Below, in pieces: positions 19,401 to 31,600 of a DNA stretch of 64,000 nucleotides. The notes below the pieces were generated by a model that worked only from the letters and a program-made list of their open reading frames with translations, was not told the DNA's origin and did no database searches. How positions within the stretch are numbered: position 1 is the stretch's first letter; each line of letters opens with the position of its first letter. The translations under genes and the position numbers were made by a program. Source of the stretch: Balanoglossus misakiensis (lineage: Eukaryota > Animalia > Hemichordata); NCBI GenBank assembly GCA_040954595.2, contig CM082586.2, positions 7,719,337 through 7,783,336 of the forward strand, written 5' to 3'.

Positions 19401-22400
19401 CACGTTCCCCAATACAACCCCACATAGTGGTTCGGACATGTACTCTCCTAGCTAACACCTCGTTCACACCTTCCGAACAATAGAGTTTCCTAACCGTCTT
19501 CTTCTAGTAACCGTGGTTAGTCATTTCCTTGCAAGTTCGATGACAAATGTCACTGCAGTCACAAATGTGTACAGATGTAATTAGTGTCCTGTCAGATGTT
19601 CAATGGTTTATAAGTTGATACATTTTACAATGCAATATAAATTTCAAAGATCACAGCATAAGTACATGCATGTATTGATTCTTAAAGGCAGCAAGCAGTT
19701 CATGCAAAAATTGAACTGACAAGTATATAAATGAGGTTAACCTTTAGGTACAGATATTATAATTTTTATAATCAGAAAATGTTAAAAAGAAGATATGACA
19801 AACTCATTTTCTAATGATGTATTTTATTTAAATAATGATTCATTATCATTCCTCAAGACTCACATCCCCACAATACATTTGAATAAAAATTAAATTTAAA
19901 CATATTAATGTTGTTCTTTGTTGTAGGCATTGGAGATAATGTGAAATGTTTTCACTGTGATGGTGGACTGCGGAACTGGGAACCTCAGGATGAACCATGG
20001 GCAGAACATGCCAAGTGGTTTCCAAGATGTCAGTATCTGTTGAAAAAGCGTGGCCAGGCCTATGTGGATTTTGTGAATTCATCGCAACATGCCATGTGTA
20101 TCCCCAATGAACAAGAGCCTGTTTATGACGAGTGTCGAGAAAATCTTGGCGATATTTGTGAGGTATGTGTATACATGTATGTTAGTGGTTTGCCATGGAT
20201 AATTACTAGACAGGGAGAAATAATTCTCTTGCACGGAAAATCATGTACATGTACATGTACATATTGACAGGATCTCCATCAATTTTATCCAGGTTTCCTA
20301 CACTGTCATGTTATAATAATTCACCTGGGTTAAATCCCTATACATCACAGACAGTACATTCACAAACCTTAGCAAAAACAAACTGTATATCCATTCAATG
20401 TTGAAATGGAAAATTGTGTGCAAGTGAGAGTGAAATCTTGAAATCGCATTATTGAAATTGTTGTCTCTATCACAATATCCCATTGAATGAAAAGGAAACA
20501 TACACGACTCATGAAGCATCAACCAGCAGGAAGAATAATGATGTCTACATTCACTTGTCTTCTAACACAGGTACCACCACTTTCTAATGTCACGGTTCCT
20601 GTCTCACCCGTTGATGAAGAAATGCCAAGGTTATTGAGACCAGGTCAGTTCCCAACATCACTTTCACAGTGTTCTCCTCAGGACGTTTTGATACATTTGC
20701 ATAACAATGCGAGTTTTTATCATGTTAATTAGTTTCTATTGTTTTCCAAAAAATAAAGGATAAGGGCCACTACTCTATAACTGCTCTGAGGAGAACAATG
20801 CTTTCAGTTCTGTCTGCTGTTTTCTGTCTTTATCTGTGGATGTCTTTTCTGTGTGTAGATTCGTATGTGTTTATATGTTCAGGAAAAACCTGTAAGAAAA
20901 CAGGTCTTATTTGCATATTTATATAAAAACGTAGATATATGCATAGCGTTGAACGTGAGTACTTGTTTGTTACTACATGTATATTTAGAAATCCCTAGAA
21001 AAATCTCCAAATAATCTCACGTTCTTGAAATGGAATGTAATTTGATGCAAAGTCTGTACGCTGGAGATAAATCTAAACCATTAAAATGGAGGTCTGAAAA
21101 TAGGTTAGAAGAATAAAACTTTATTGAGAACATAAAGTTTGACTAACGTTACTGTGGTAACCAGTTTTTGCAGTAAGGTGACCATATTGATAACGCTCAT
21201 GTCAAATTCTTCTGTCTGTACTAAATGCATCAAATTTCACGACAAATATAGAACACTTGAAAATCATTACCGGTAATATAAAAAGTTTTACTGTACTAAG
21301 CAGTACACGTCAACTGTCTGTGGCTATAAATAAAATCCAGTACAAGGAAATTGTCATCAACCAATGCAAGATGGGAAAGAAAAAAAGTGTAGTGTGGAAT
21401 AGAATTTCAAAATATGCAAATTAGCTTCAATTACAAACAAGTTGCTCTAGTCACATTACCGTAAATACACAACTTAATAACTGCATATCATAGAAAATTG
21501 CTTTGTATTGTGAATATGATAGTATTACACCCTAATGTACACAAAATGCTAGTTTATCAAGACACATAAACTCGTAAGAATGGATGGTGTCAGTATAAAT
21601 CTGTGCTAGACGGTTGTCAACTGACTGACAGGCATAGCGCCAAGTAAACCGATTTCTATGAATAGTAAATTGTAAATCTGATACGAATACTATCCTTGAA
21701 GTGACAATTGTTGTATGTTTGACTCCAGAAATCTGACCTCTTATGCAAATTCGTTGACCCCAGGCCATGAAATGAATGCAAATACCAGTGTTTTGGCAAG
21801 GAAGAATTCTGTCTGATTGGATGGGTGGAGTGTGTCAAGTCAACTTAGGGATATTTGCAAGTGAAAGTCATTGACTGGCTGTGCATGTGTTATGCATATA
21901 CTAGACATTAGAACATTATATAGACGGCACTACTTTGTTCATATATTCACCATCTGACTCCATATATCAATACTCAGTGTATCTTTATGCTGATTTTCCC
22001 GGAAGGTAACCATTACTGTTCAAGGAATAATGTGGGGTTCAAAAGGGGAGATCATTGCCCTCTTTTATTTCCCATGAATGTAATGTCATTGGCAGGCTTT
22101 AGTATCTTATAGCTGTAGGCCATTAAAACATGAAACAGGACTCATGGGTGTGTAATGTCATCAAATCCATCAAATGTACTCCTTCTAAAAAGAGTGCACC
22201 GCAATGATGCTTTTACAGAACTACGTAAATCTTCACATTCTTTGCATTTGAAAACCTACTGTATCATTCTGATAGCTGCAAGAAATTGGCATGTTATCAA
22301 TATCATCCTTTGGGAAAATTTACAGTCAGTTTTTTTTCCTTGACCGTGAGAGAGTTTTGCAGGAATTCCAAAAGGATGTCATGAATATTTTGCCGGAATT

Positions 22401-24548
22401 CAGCTAATATATCATTGGTTGGGCAACCTATCATTTTCTGCCTGCAATCAAAATCTTTGTCGATTGATGTACATGTAGTGGTTTTATTTTATAGTGACGT
22501 GTAGCATTTACTTTTAGTAGCGACAGTTATAACTTTGAATAGATCTAGTAGAATCTGAAAAGATCCTTGGCTTATGCATGGAGACCCTGGAGATATTTCT
22601 CAAGGGTCTGTGGTTTATAGCAGTTGATCTCACAGGGGGAAAATCACCATAGCCTTTGACATAATTGACAGAATTGACTTACATTTTATCCTTACAACTG
22701 GCTGCAGCTGTCAGCTTATTGATGTTATAGTATTTCCAAAACACAGATACACACACAGATAAAACATGCGTGTGTTACATATAATCTTAAAGGGAATACT
22801 GATATGAAAATGAAATACGCTAGGCAAATAATTGATATGCATTGGACATGCGGAAATGCTATGAAGTAGATCTTACCATTCTCAATAATAATCCAATGGG
22901 AATTCGAAATTATTGATTTTTCTTCAAATCAAGGAAACCTGTACATGTAGTTTTATTGTTATTTTTCATAATTTTCAGGAAAAACCTGCTTACAAATAAA
23001 ATGCTAGTTGCATCAATATGTTATGCAACTGACATGGCTAATTTCAAAACCGGTAGAACTTTAAAGATCGGGCCACTCCTGGTGTGTCAGTAGTGATCCA
23101 AAACCTACCTGAAACCCCCCCCCCCCCCACATTTTCCACTACTCCGAATTTTTAAAGACTCAGTCTTGGAAACTACATGTAGAGTAAAAAGTATCCCTAT
23201 TCTGAGGTATCTTTTGTTATCTCAGAAAAACATTTTACGTGACTTTTTATATTCACATTCTTTTTTGCTCTGGCGTATTCCGGAAAATTTATTGCTCGTG
23301 AAAATAAACCGTTTTACAGTAATTTTTGGCAATTTTTTTAATTTTCAGGTAAATATGAAATAATGCTTGAGGAAGCCATGTCCAGCAGCCAAGTTCGAGT
23401 TGTCCTGGAGATGGGATACGACAGAGATATTGTGCAGAGAGTTGTGAGGAGCAGAATGGAATACACTCAAACCCTCCCTTCTACGCAAGATATCTTGTAT
23501 GGTGTTTGGGATTTGGAGAAAGCGCCTCATGAGAGGCAGGACAGATCGGATGAATTCAGTCACGTAGCTGAAGGTGGACATGCGAGAGAAAGAGCAGCAC
23601 AGGTGGCACAAGGAACAGGTGAGAAGCAAGGGTTTTGGAAATATTCCATTGGCAACAATTATGGCTGGTTTAGTGATTTTGCTGAGGTTAGGGAAAATTG
23701 GTAAATTAGTTTGGGAACTCCGGCAACGCTTCTTTGAGGATTTCTGAATATTTTTCTGAGTCAGCCCTACACCTTAGCATGTAGTGATGATCCTGAGACA
23801 CTAGTGAGTATTTTGAGTCAGTGGCACATCAAAGGGAACCCGCATCCCACACAAAAGCACACAGAATACCACATTAAAGCGACCCCTGTTTTGGCCTACC
23901 GGGTATTAAAGGAATAAAGTCTCTCTCTCTTGCTGCCCTTTTTCCATTAATTATGTTTGATACAAGACACCATTTATGTTATTCAACATGTGGATATATA
24001 TAGTGAATCAACGTTCAACCACACACACCTTCCACCCCGCTTGTAGACACAAGAGTGAAAAACTCGCCAAAATGAATACTAGTAATCTGTCTTTACCATT
24101 TATTCATTTTGGCGTGATTCTTACTCTCATATCCTATAAACGGGATGGAAATTGTGTGGGGTTGAACGTTGATTCACTATTTATTCACATGTAGAATAAC
24201 ATAAACAGTGTCTTGTATCAAACATAATGGAAAAATCGCAGCGAGAAAGAGACTTTGTCCCTTTAATCTACATACTAGTAGTTATTTTTTTAGACATTGT
24301 ACTGTATGTATGTGCACATGAGTAAAATTGTGATGTTGAATTTTCCAGGGGCGGCCGCGACAGAAGCAGAGAAAGTGGAAGAACTATTGGAAGAAAAGAA
24401 ATGCAAGATTTGTATGGACAAAGATAGATGTATACTCTTCCAGCCCTGTGGACATCTGGTCGTCTGTGAAGTCTGCTCATCCAAGCTGAGAAAATGTCCG
24501 CTATGCAGGAAGGGTATCCGTAGTGCCATCCGAGCATACTTGGCGTAG
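16406..24548 (+). CDS. Inhibitor of apoptosis protein (3xBIR-UBA-like-RING; XIAP/cIAP/BIRC7 family, no CARD seen)
   Basis: Exons 16406-17522, 19927-20162, 20571-20643, 23349-23618, 24349-24548 splice in frame with GT-AG sites. BIR1 ([34 protein letters not shown]), BIR2 ([15 protein letters not shown]) and BIR3 split across exons 1/2 ([30 protein letters not shown]). UBA-like [42 protein letters not shown] with an IAP-type IRAYLA tail. Confidence 0.95.
18686..19515. mobile_element. Non-autonomous DNA transposon (P-element-like termini) in an IAP intron
   Basis: Perfect 32-bp TIR CACGGTTACTAGAAGAAGACGGTTAGGAAACT; 7-bp direct repeat GTTAGTC at 18679-18685 and 19516-19522; CA...TG termini; no transposase ORF. 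Confidence 0.88.
23910..24262. mobile_element. Fold-back MITE, Kolobok-like (TTAA target, AGG...CCT termini)
   Basis: TTAA at 23906-23909 and 24263-24266; the two halves are imperfect reverse complements over most of the length (e.g. TTATGTTTGATACAAGACAC / GTGTCTTGTATCAAACATAA). Confidence 0.82.
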
Positions 24549-26811
24549 AAGAGGGAAAATTGTTTGTTTTCTGGGAAAATTACTCATGTAAATAGGGGTT
24601 CTGTGAATTTAATGGACTCGCCGTTTTGTACATGTGATTCATGTTTACATATGTCCTTGAAAGTGCTTGCGGTAACTGTGGAAGGCAGCGGGTTTTTTTG
24701 TACATAGCATCGGTGTTTGGTTGGTGGGCATCGAGGCGAGGCGAGGAATGTTTTTGGATTATTGGTGTGTGTTTGTGTGCCTGATGTAAAGTGGTCTCAC
24801 ATGACAAGGTTGCTCCTGATTGGTCAATTTCTCTATCAACTCCCTCTCCAAAAAAAGGAGCATGAATTCTGTAGTTCTTGAGGAAAGACTGCATTGCATT
24901 AACTGTTCACATATCAGTGACACAAGACACTGGGGGAAACCTTACCTTTTCTGTGCATGATTTTCATATCACGAAACATATTTATACTTGTATGAACAGT
25001 ATTTTCACCATGACAATTTCTGGCTTATGGTGCAAAACCATTTATGATATACATTCACTTTAGTTGGGTACTGATATGATCTGTGTAGAGGCTGGACTCG
25101 TACTGTATTTTTTTAATTTTCACAGGGTGAAACTAAATGCTTTTTTTAATGGCCACACGTTACTGCTTTTTGAGCACTTCAAGGGTAAAATGAGATTTTA
25201 TTTACAAATATAGTTTTTGGCAACTCTGGCAGAGTGAGTGTACATATCTTGCCAATGTCAATGTAAATATAAATATACGCAGCCATTTACAGCAAAAATA
25301 CTGAAAGATAAGTTCAAACAGTCTTTGTAAATAGATGTAGTTGACTACAGAGTCTGCAAGGTGATAGTTAGATAGGTCAGTCAATCATGGGAATGATTTT
25401 GGACCAAGGCAAGAAAGAAGGGAAAGTACACATCCGTCGTTAATTTATTATGAAATGAAGCTTTGTATTTTGAGTCATGTGTATGCCTGCATAATTTGAT
25501 CCTTGTGACCTATGATGATAATATTTTCTTGCATGAGTTTCTGTGCTTGTGTCGGGATGAACAAGTGTGGTGGTGTAGTGGAGACATATGTACTGAAAAC
25601 GCTAGTATAGATACCAACATACCATGAAATACCGGTCAAAAAACGCACCATGTCTTTGTGAATCATGATGATTCCACACAGAAATTCAGGTTTTTGCTTT
25701 TTAAATGTTTATTAATATGCCTTTTTCATAAAGAGGGCGTCATTTTCAAGCACATGGCACAACAATGAAGTCAGTAAGCCACAGAGTACTGCTCGAGCTC
25801 ATCTGGTTTGTTGTATATTGCGTGTAAAACTAATCTTACTATTAAAATGTGGATGTCGAACATCGGTCCCAATTATACCGACGATACACAAGACGATAAA
25901 ACTTTTATTCTGTGTCCTACTGGCCTCGTTTTTGTGCTGTCTGCTTGGAGATAATGCATCGTTTTGGAAGGGCGCCCTCTATATGAAAAAGGTGTTTTTG
26001 ATGAGAATTTTATGTAATATAAAGACAAAATGTATAGCATGTATTTTTGGAGTATGTAAATGGTCTTGAGTGATTTTGCTACATAATTGCAATCATTCGC
26101 AATAGAAAAATTATTTCAGAGGTGTTGCATGTGGACATACTGGTTACAAGTACAAGTTTATTTGCATCTTTAAAGAAGTGTGCCAAAATTATGATAATTA
26201 ATTTGCCGATTGTAGTGCTACATGGTAGAGAAGCTGTAATTTTTAAATATTTTTTTAGACTCTTATTCTGCGTATCAATTCATGTTTCTTGTTCTACTTG
26301 CTGAAGCATGTTTAAACACCAAGTATTCAGATACTACTGTTGACATTTGAATTTTAATCCTGACTAAAGTATGTTGACATTATCATTGCTTGTTATATTT
26401 ATATAGCCTGTGATGAAAATCAAAATACTAGTACTTGGCATGTGATAAAAAGGATATAAAAAGGTTGGCCAATCGCTTTTTGTTTTAGATCTAACTATGA
26501 TATGAAACATGAGATTTGATTGGATGTTTCAACTCAAAAACCTTTTGACAAAAAGGTGATATAGCTGACCAAACTGTAGTATTTTGCAAGGTAACATATA
26601 ATAAAAAAATTAGTATATGCTGCACAGTTTGTGATTTACAGATTGTCTTTGAATTACATAGCACTTTACACACAGATCTTTATAGTTGGTGTATGGACAC
26701 TGTCTACACAGATATTAAACCAATGTATTAAAGTATATGGTTGTGATGAAAGTCTCGTTATGGTATGTATACTTTCGAGTGTCTTGGTTAATATTTAATA
26801 ATAAGCTTAAA

Positions 26812-27250
26812 TGGGATAGCAATGTAGATAAAATTGTCATCAAGCCTCACAAAGGTTGGGTAAATTCCCTCCCTGGATAGTTTTGGTGCCACGCGCTCTT
26901 AATTATCTCAATTAAATGCCTTGTTAAACTTTAAATTGTTATTCAAATTTGAGAGACATCTGCTGGGTCAGTTACGCACAATAACCTGTAATTGAATGAT
27001 ACAAGTCCGTGGAGTGGATCAAAATTGGGTTTAAATTTTGTTTAAATGGTAGAAATACTAACCTATCTGTATTTTGGGGTAATCTTTGCCGTTTTTGGTC
27101 AAAAAATCTTCCCTGAAACCACTGTCCAGTTACTTTGGAATTTGGCCAGCACATTCGTCGGGGTAACCTACATGTAAGTAAAGTTTGTTCAAATTGTGGT
27201 GAAATTTGTACATTTGTACTTCTCGAGCAATTTTTGCTGTTTTGGTCAAC
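26812..27250. repeat. Dispersed repeat, with further copies at ~36800-37130 and ~37560-37870
   Basis: Shared blocks GGGATAGCAA.GTAGATA, TTCAAATTTGAGAGACATCTGCTG and GGTCAAAAAATC.T.C..GAAACCACTG, same orientation on both sides of the propeller gene. Confidence 0.75.
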
Positions 27251-27394
27251 AATTCTGTAAAATTTACAACGGATTCCTGACTAAATTAACTCGTCCTAAC
27301 ACTGTTTGCCATATTCACCCTGCCACTGAGTTTTCTTTCTGGACTAACAATTTGTCATTAACGTGACAATTCGGGATATTAGTAATACATTTAA

Positions 27395-27583
27395 AGGGAC
27401 ACCGTTCTCTACCATTCATTCATTTTGAGTTTTAACTCTCATATCACACAAGCGGGATGGAAGTTGTGTGTGGTTGAACGTTCATTCACTACATATACAC
27501 ATGTACATTAACATAAACGGTGTCTTGTACCAAACATAATTTATGGAAAAAAGAGCAGTGACAGAGAGAGAGACTTTGTCCCT
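27395..27583. mobile_element. Internally deleted copy of the same TTAA MITE family
   Basis: TTAA|AGGGACA ... GACTTTGTCCCT|TTAA; the body matches the right arm of 23910-24262. Confidence 0.78.
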
Positions 27584-28650
27584 TTAAGGGGCAGTACACA
27601 ATATATTCTTGGTCACAAAGCTGATATTGGACGTTGATTCATTTGAGTACGTTCATGACAAAAGATTATAATTGGGCTGCATAATAGTATGAATCCTTAT
27701 TGGATTTTTCTTATAAACGATGTATCAGCTCTTGTCCATCAGAGACATCACATGGCTGTCACTAAATAGAACAATTAATTTGAGGCTGGTTTTAGTGTTG
27801 ACGCGTACGTCAGTGTAATTCACTTCTTGTCCGTAAAAGTAGTCTTCAAGCGTAGTAATTTGATACCTGGGTTGGTGATTGGTAGGGTTCACCGTGAGTA
27901 CGTGGTATTTTTCGAGATAACCTTAAGGCCCGTTCAAAATTCTCAGAGAATGCAGTGTAATTTTGAAATATACGAGCGTATGAATCTTATCAAAGTTACC
28001 ACCGAGGGTGCTATTTTGAGCCACTATTTAAATAATTTGCGCTTCTTCAATTGTAACCATTGGTCAGATATTGAACTCGCCAATAGGTCTGCAATTGTGG
28101 CCTATGAGAAATGAATTTTCGGACTTGTGCCTTTTGAGAAGATTCATCACGCAAAGAAATAAAACAAAAAAGAAAATGTGTTTTTTCCCACATACATGTA
28201 GAATGTTTATTCATGCTCATAGACATGAAAAAAGTGCCACACTATTGCATATATTACAGATGCTTAATAGTCATCATGGCGTAGAGAAAAAAGTTTGAAC
28301 TTGACGAGAAAAATCATCATGCATTGACTACAAAAGTTGGAGAAATATTTTGAAATTGGTCAAATCACCTCTACTTGCTGTACGTGTAACGGATCTGTCT
28401 TTTTAACATGTCTTATGAAGTCTGTTTGCTCTTCTTGTATAATCCTACCTCAAGTATACTTTCTGCTATAGGAATACATGTACATTAATTCAATGACAAA
28501 GTCGTAGAGGCCTGAACAGCAGCTCTAGCTACTAAATGTTATCTAAGACATCAGAGAATCTTGAGAATTACACCAACACCAAATAATCTTAAAATGGTAT
28601 ATCATCGGTCTTGGCTATAGCTTTCCAGTCATGTCACCTATAGCATCATC

Positions 28651-31600
28651 CCTGGAGACAAAAAAAATACACATTTATATGACATGTTAAATGTATGATA
28701 GTAAATGTTAATTCGCTGAAGCGAGTGTTTCAATTCAAAGACACTGCATATTTAGAAGGAAAACGGGGTGTCTACTTGTGTTAAATGATGTACTCACTAT
28801 TTTATGAATGCTACCGACTTAACACATCGACTATTAGCAATTTCGCCTGCCCAGTTATTCGTGTACACACTTCGCAGCCACAATCCACATGATTGACCAA
28901 TACCAACGACTCTACCGGCTGCATCAACGGATACGTCACTGACCACACCGTTGTCGTCAACTTTGCTCCATCCTCCTTGTATGCCAGGCCGGGTCCACAG
29001 TTTACCTCCCATACCAACGCCGAGCAGGCCACCAGACGGCAATGGTGATATAGACTTAACACAGCAGCTGCTAGCCACAGGACCACTCCAGGTTCCCTGG
29101 ACACCAGGGCGCGTCCACAGCTGATTACCCATACCAATACCAACCAGTGTGCCATCTGGCATAACGGTGATGTCTTTGACGCAGCAGCTGTTGGCTACAG
29201 GCCCTACCCACTGAGCATCTTCGCTAGACTTTGTCCACAGTTGATTGTCAGTACCAACACCAACAATTGTATCATCTGCCAGGGTGGTCAGCGCTATAAC
29301 ACAGCAACTATTTGGAATTGGTCCTGTCCACGTACCTTCAACGTCGTCACGTTTCCATATCTGATTGTCTGTTCCAACACCATACACTTTTCCTGTAGAA
29401 CACAATATACACACATTGTTAATATGTATAACTATAACTATATTTTAGATTTTGGCACATTTCCATACACACGCATGAAACTTTGGTTGTTAACTGTACA
29501 TGTCGTCCACCATGTCAGAAATACAGAAATCCATCCCTGGCCTTCAAGAGAACATGAATATTTGAATTAACACCAACTGATCCAATAAGAGCATTGATTT
29601 CAACACTAATATCCACTCTTTAGAATGATTTCAACATTATTTTTCTACCGAGTTAATCAGATGATCACAAGCCATAAAAGAATCACATTGGCCTCAGGGG
29701 ACGATTGGCTTTTTTCTGGCGGTAGTTTGCAAAACACTTTACGATTGAGTGCACCAGGTCATATGTGGACGTGTGGGAGAATCAGAATACTTCTTCATTT
29801 CAGTTCAGACGTCAAAATGCAAAAAGCTGGTTTACTGCATGCAATGCTAAAACATTTTAGTACCTGAAGCGTGGCTATGGTCTGGGCCATCTGGCTGCTG
29901 ATTTGACTCCTTGGCTGTGAAGATAATATGCGTAAATATGTCTTAATGTGATATGATATTATTTCCCAGTTTACTGTGGCAGTAGATGGAAGTGATAAAA
30001 TACCTTGTCTAATATAACGGTTTATTTTTTCCATTGTTCAATTCAGTCACTGTTGCTTTCAGAAATTGAAATGAAAACTGCAGACACTGCCGAACAAATT
30101 ATCCTGCCAACGAGGTCATTCTTGGAACCAATTTTGCGGTAGGAGAGTAAGAAAAAAGATATCTATGGAGCATTCTTTTCTAATAGTTATCGGTCATTTT
30201 GAGTTAAACTACATACCAAAGTGCGTCATTGCATGTCCAGTTAATATATAGTGCTTCTGCATACTGCGTTTGAAACACATATCGTACAAAAGAGACCAGG
30301 TGTAGTTGAATTCAGAATTCATGAATTACCATAATTTAGAGAAAGTGGTGCAGTAAAAGTTATACTAGAAATAGCAATAACTTACCATTGCGAACAAATG
30401 CTACCGACTTCACACATCGACTATTAGCAATTTCGCCTGCCCAGTTATTCGTGTACACACTTCGCAGCCACAATCCACATGATTGACCAATACCAACGAC
30501 TCTACCGGCTGCATCAACGGATACGTCACTGACCACACCGTTGTCGTCAACTTTGCTCCATCCTCCTTGTATGCCAGGCCGGGTCCACAGTTTACCTCCC
30601 ATACCAACGCCGAGCAGGCCACCAGACGGCAATGGTGATATAGACTTAACACAGCAGCTGCTAGCCACAGGACCACTCCAGGTTCCCTGGACACCAGGGC
30701 GCGTCCACAGCTGATTACCCATACCAATACCAACCAGTGTGCCATCTGGCATAACGGTGATGTCTTTGACGCAGCAGCTGTTGGCTACAGGCCCTACCCA
30801 CTGAGCATCTTCGCTAGACTTTGTCCACAGTTGATTGTCAGTACCAACACCAACAATTGTATCATCTGCCAGGGTGGTCAGGGCTATAACACAACAACTG
30901 TTTGGAATTGGTCCTGTCCACGTACCTTCAACGTCGTCACGTTTCCATATCTGATTGTCTGTTCCAACACCATACACTTTTCCTGTAGAACACAATATAC
31001 ACACATTGTTAACATGTATAACTATAACTATATTTTAGATTTTGGCACATTTCCATACACACGCATGAAACTTTGGTTGTTAACTGTACATGTCGTCCAC
31101 CACGTCAGAAATACAGAAATCCATCCCTGGCCTTCAAGAGAACATGAATATTTGAATTAACACCAACTGATCCAATAAGAGCATTGATTTCAACACTAAT
31201 ATCCACTCTTTAGAATGATTTCAACATTATTTTTCTACCGAGTTAATCAGATGATCACAAGCCATAAAAGAATCACATTGGCCTCAGGGGACAATTGGCT
31301 TTTTTCTGGTGGTAGTTTGCAATACACTTTACGATTGAGTGCATCAGGTCATATGTGGACGTGTGGGAGAATCAGAATACTTCTTCATTTCAGTTCAGAC
31401 GTCAAAATGCAAAAAGCTGGTTTACTGCATGCAATGCTAAAACATTTACCTGAAGCGTGGCTATGGTCTGGGCCGTCTGGCTGCTGATTTGACTCCTTTG
31501 CTGTAAAGATAATTTGTGTAAATATGTCTCAATGTGATATGATTTAATTTCCCAGTTTACTGTGGCAGTAGATGGAAGTGATAAAATACCTGGTCTAATA

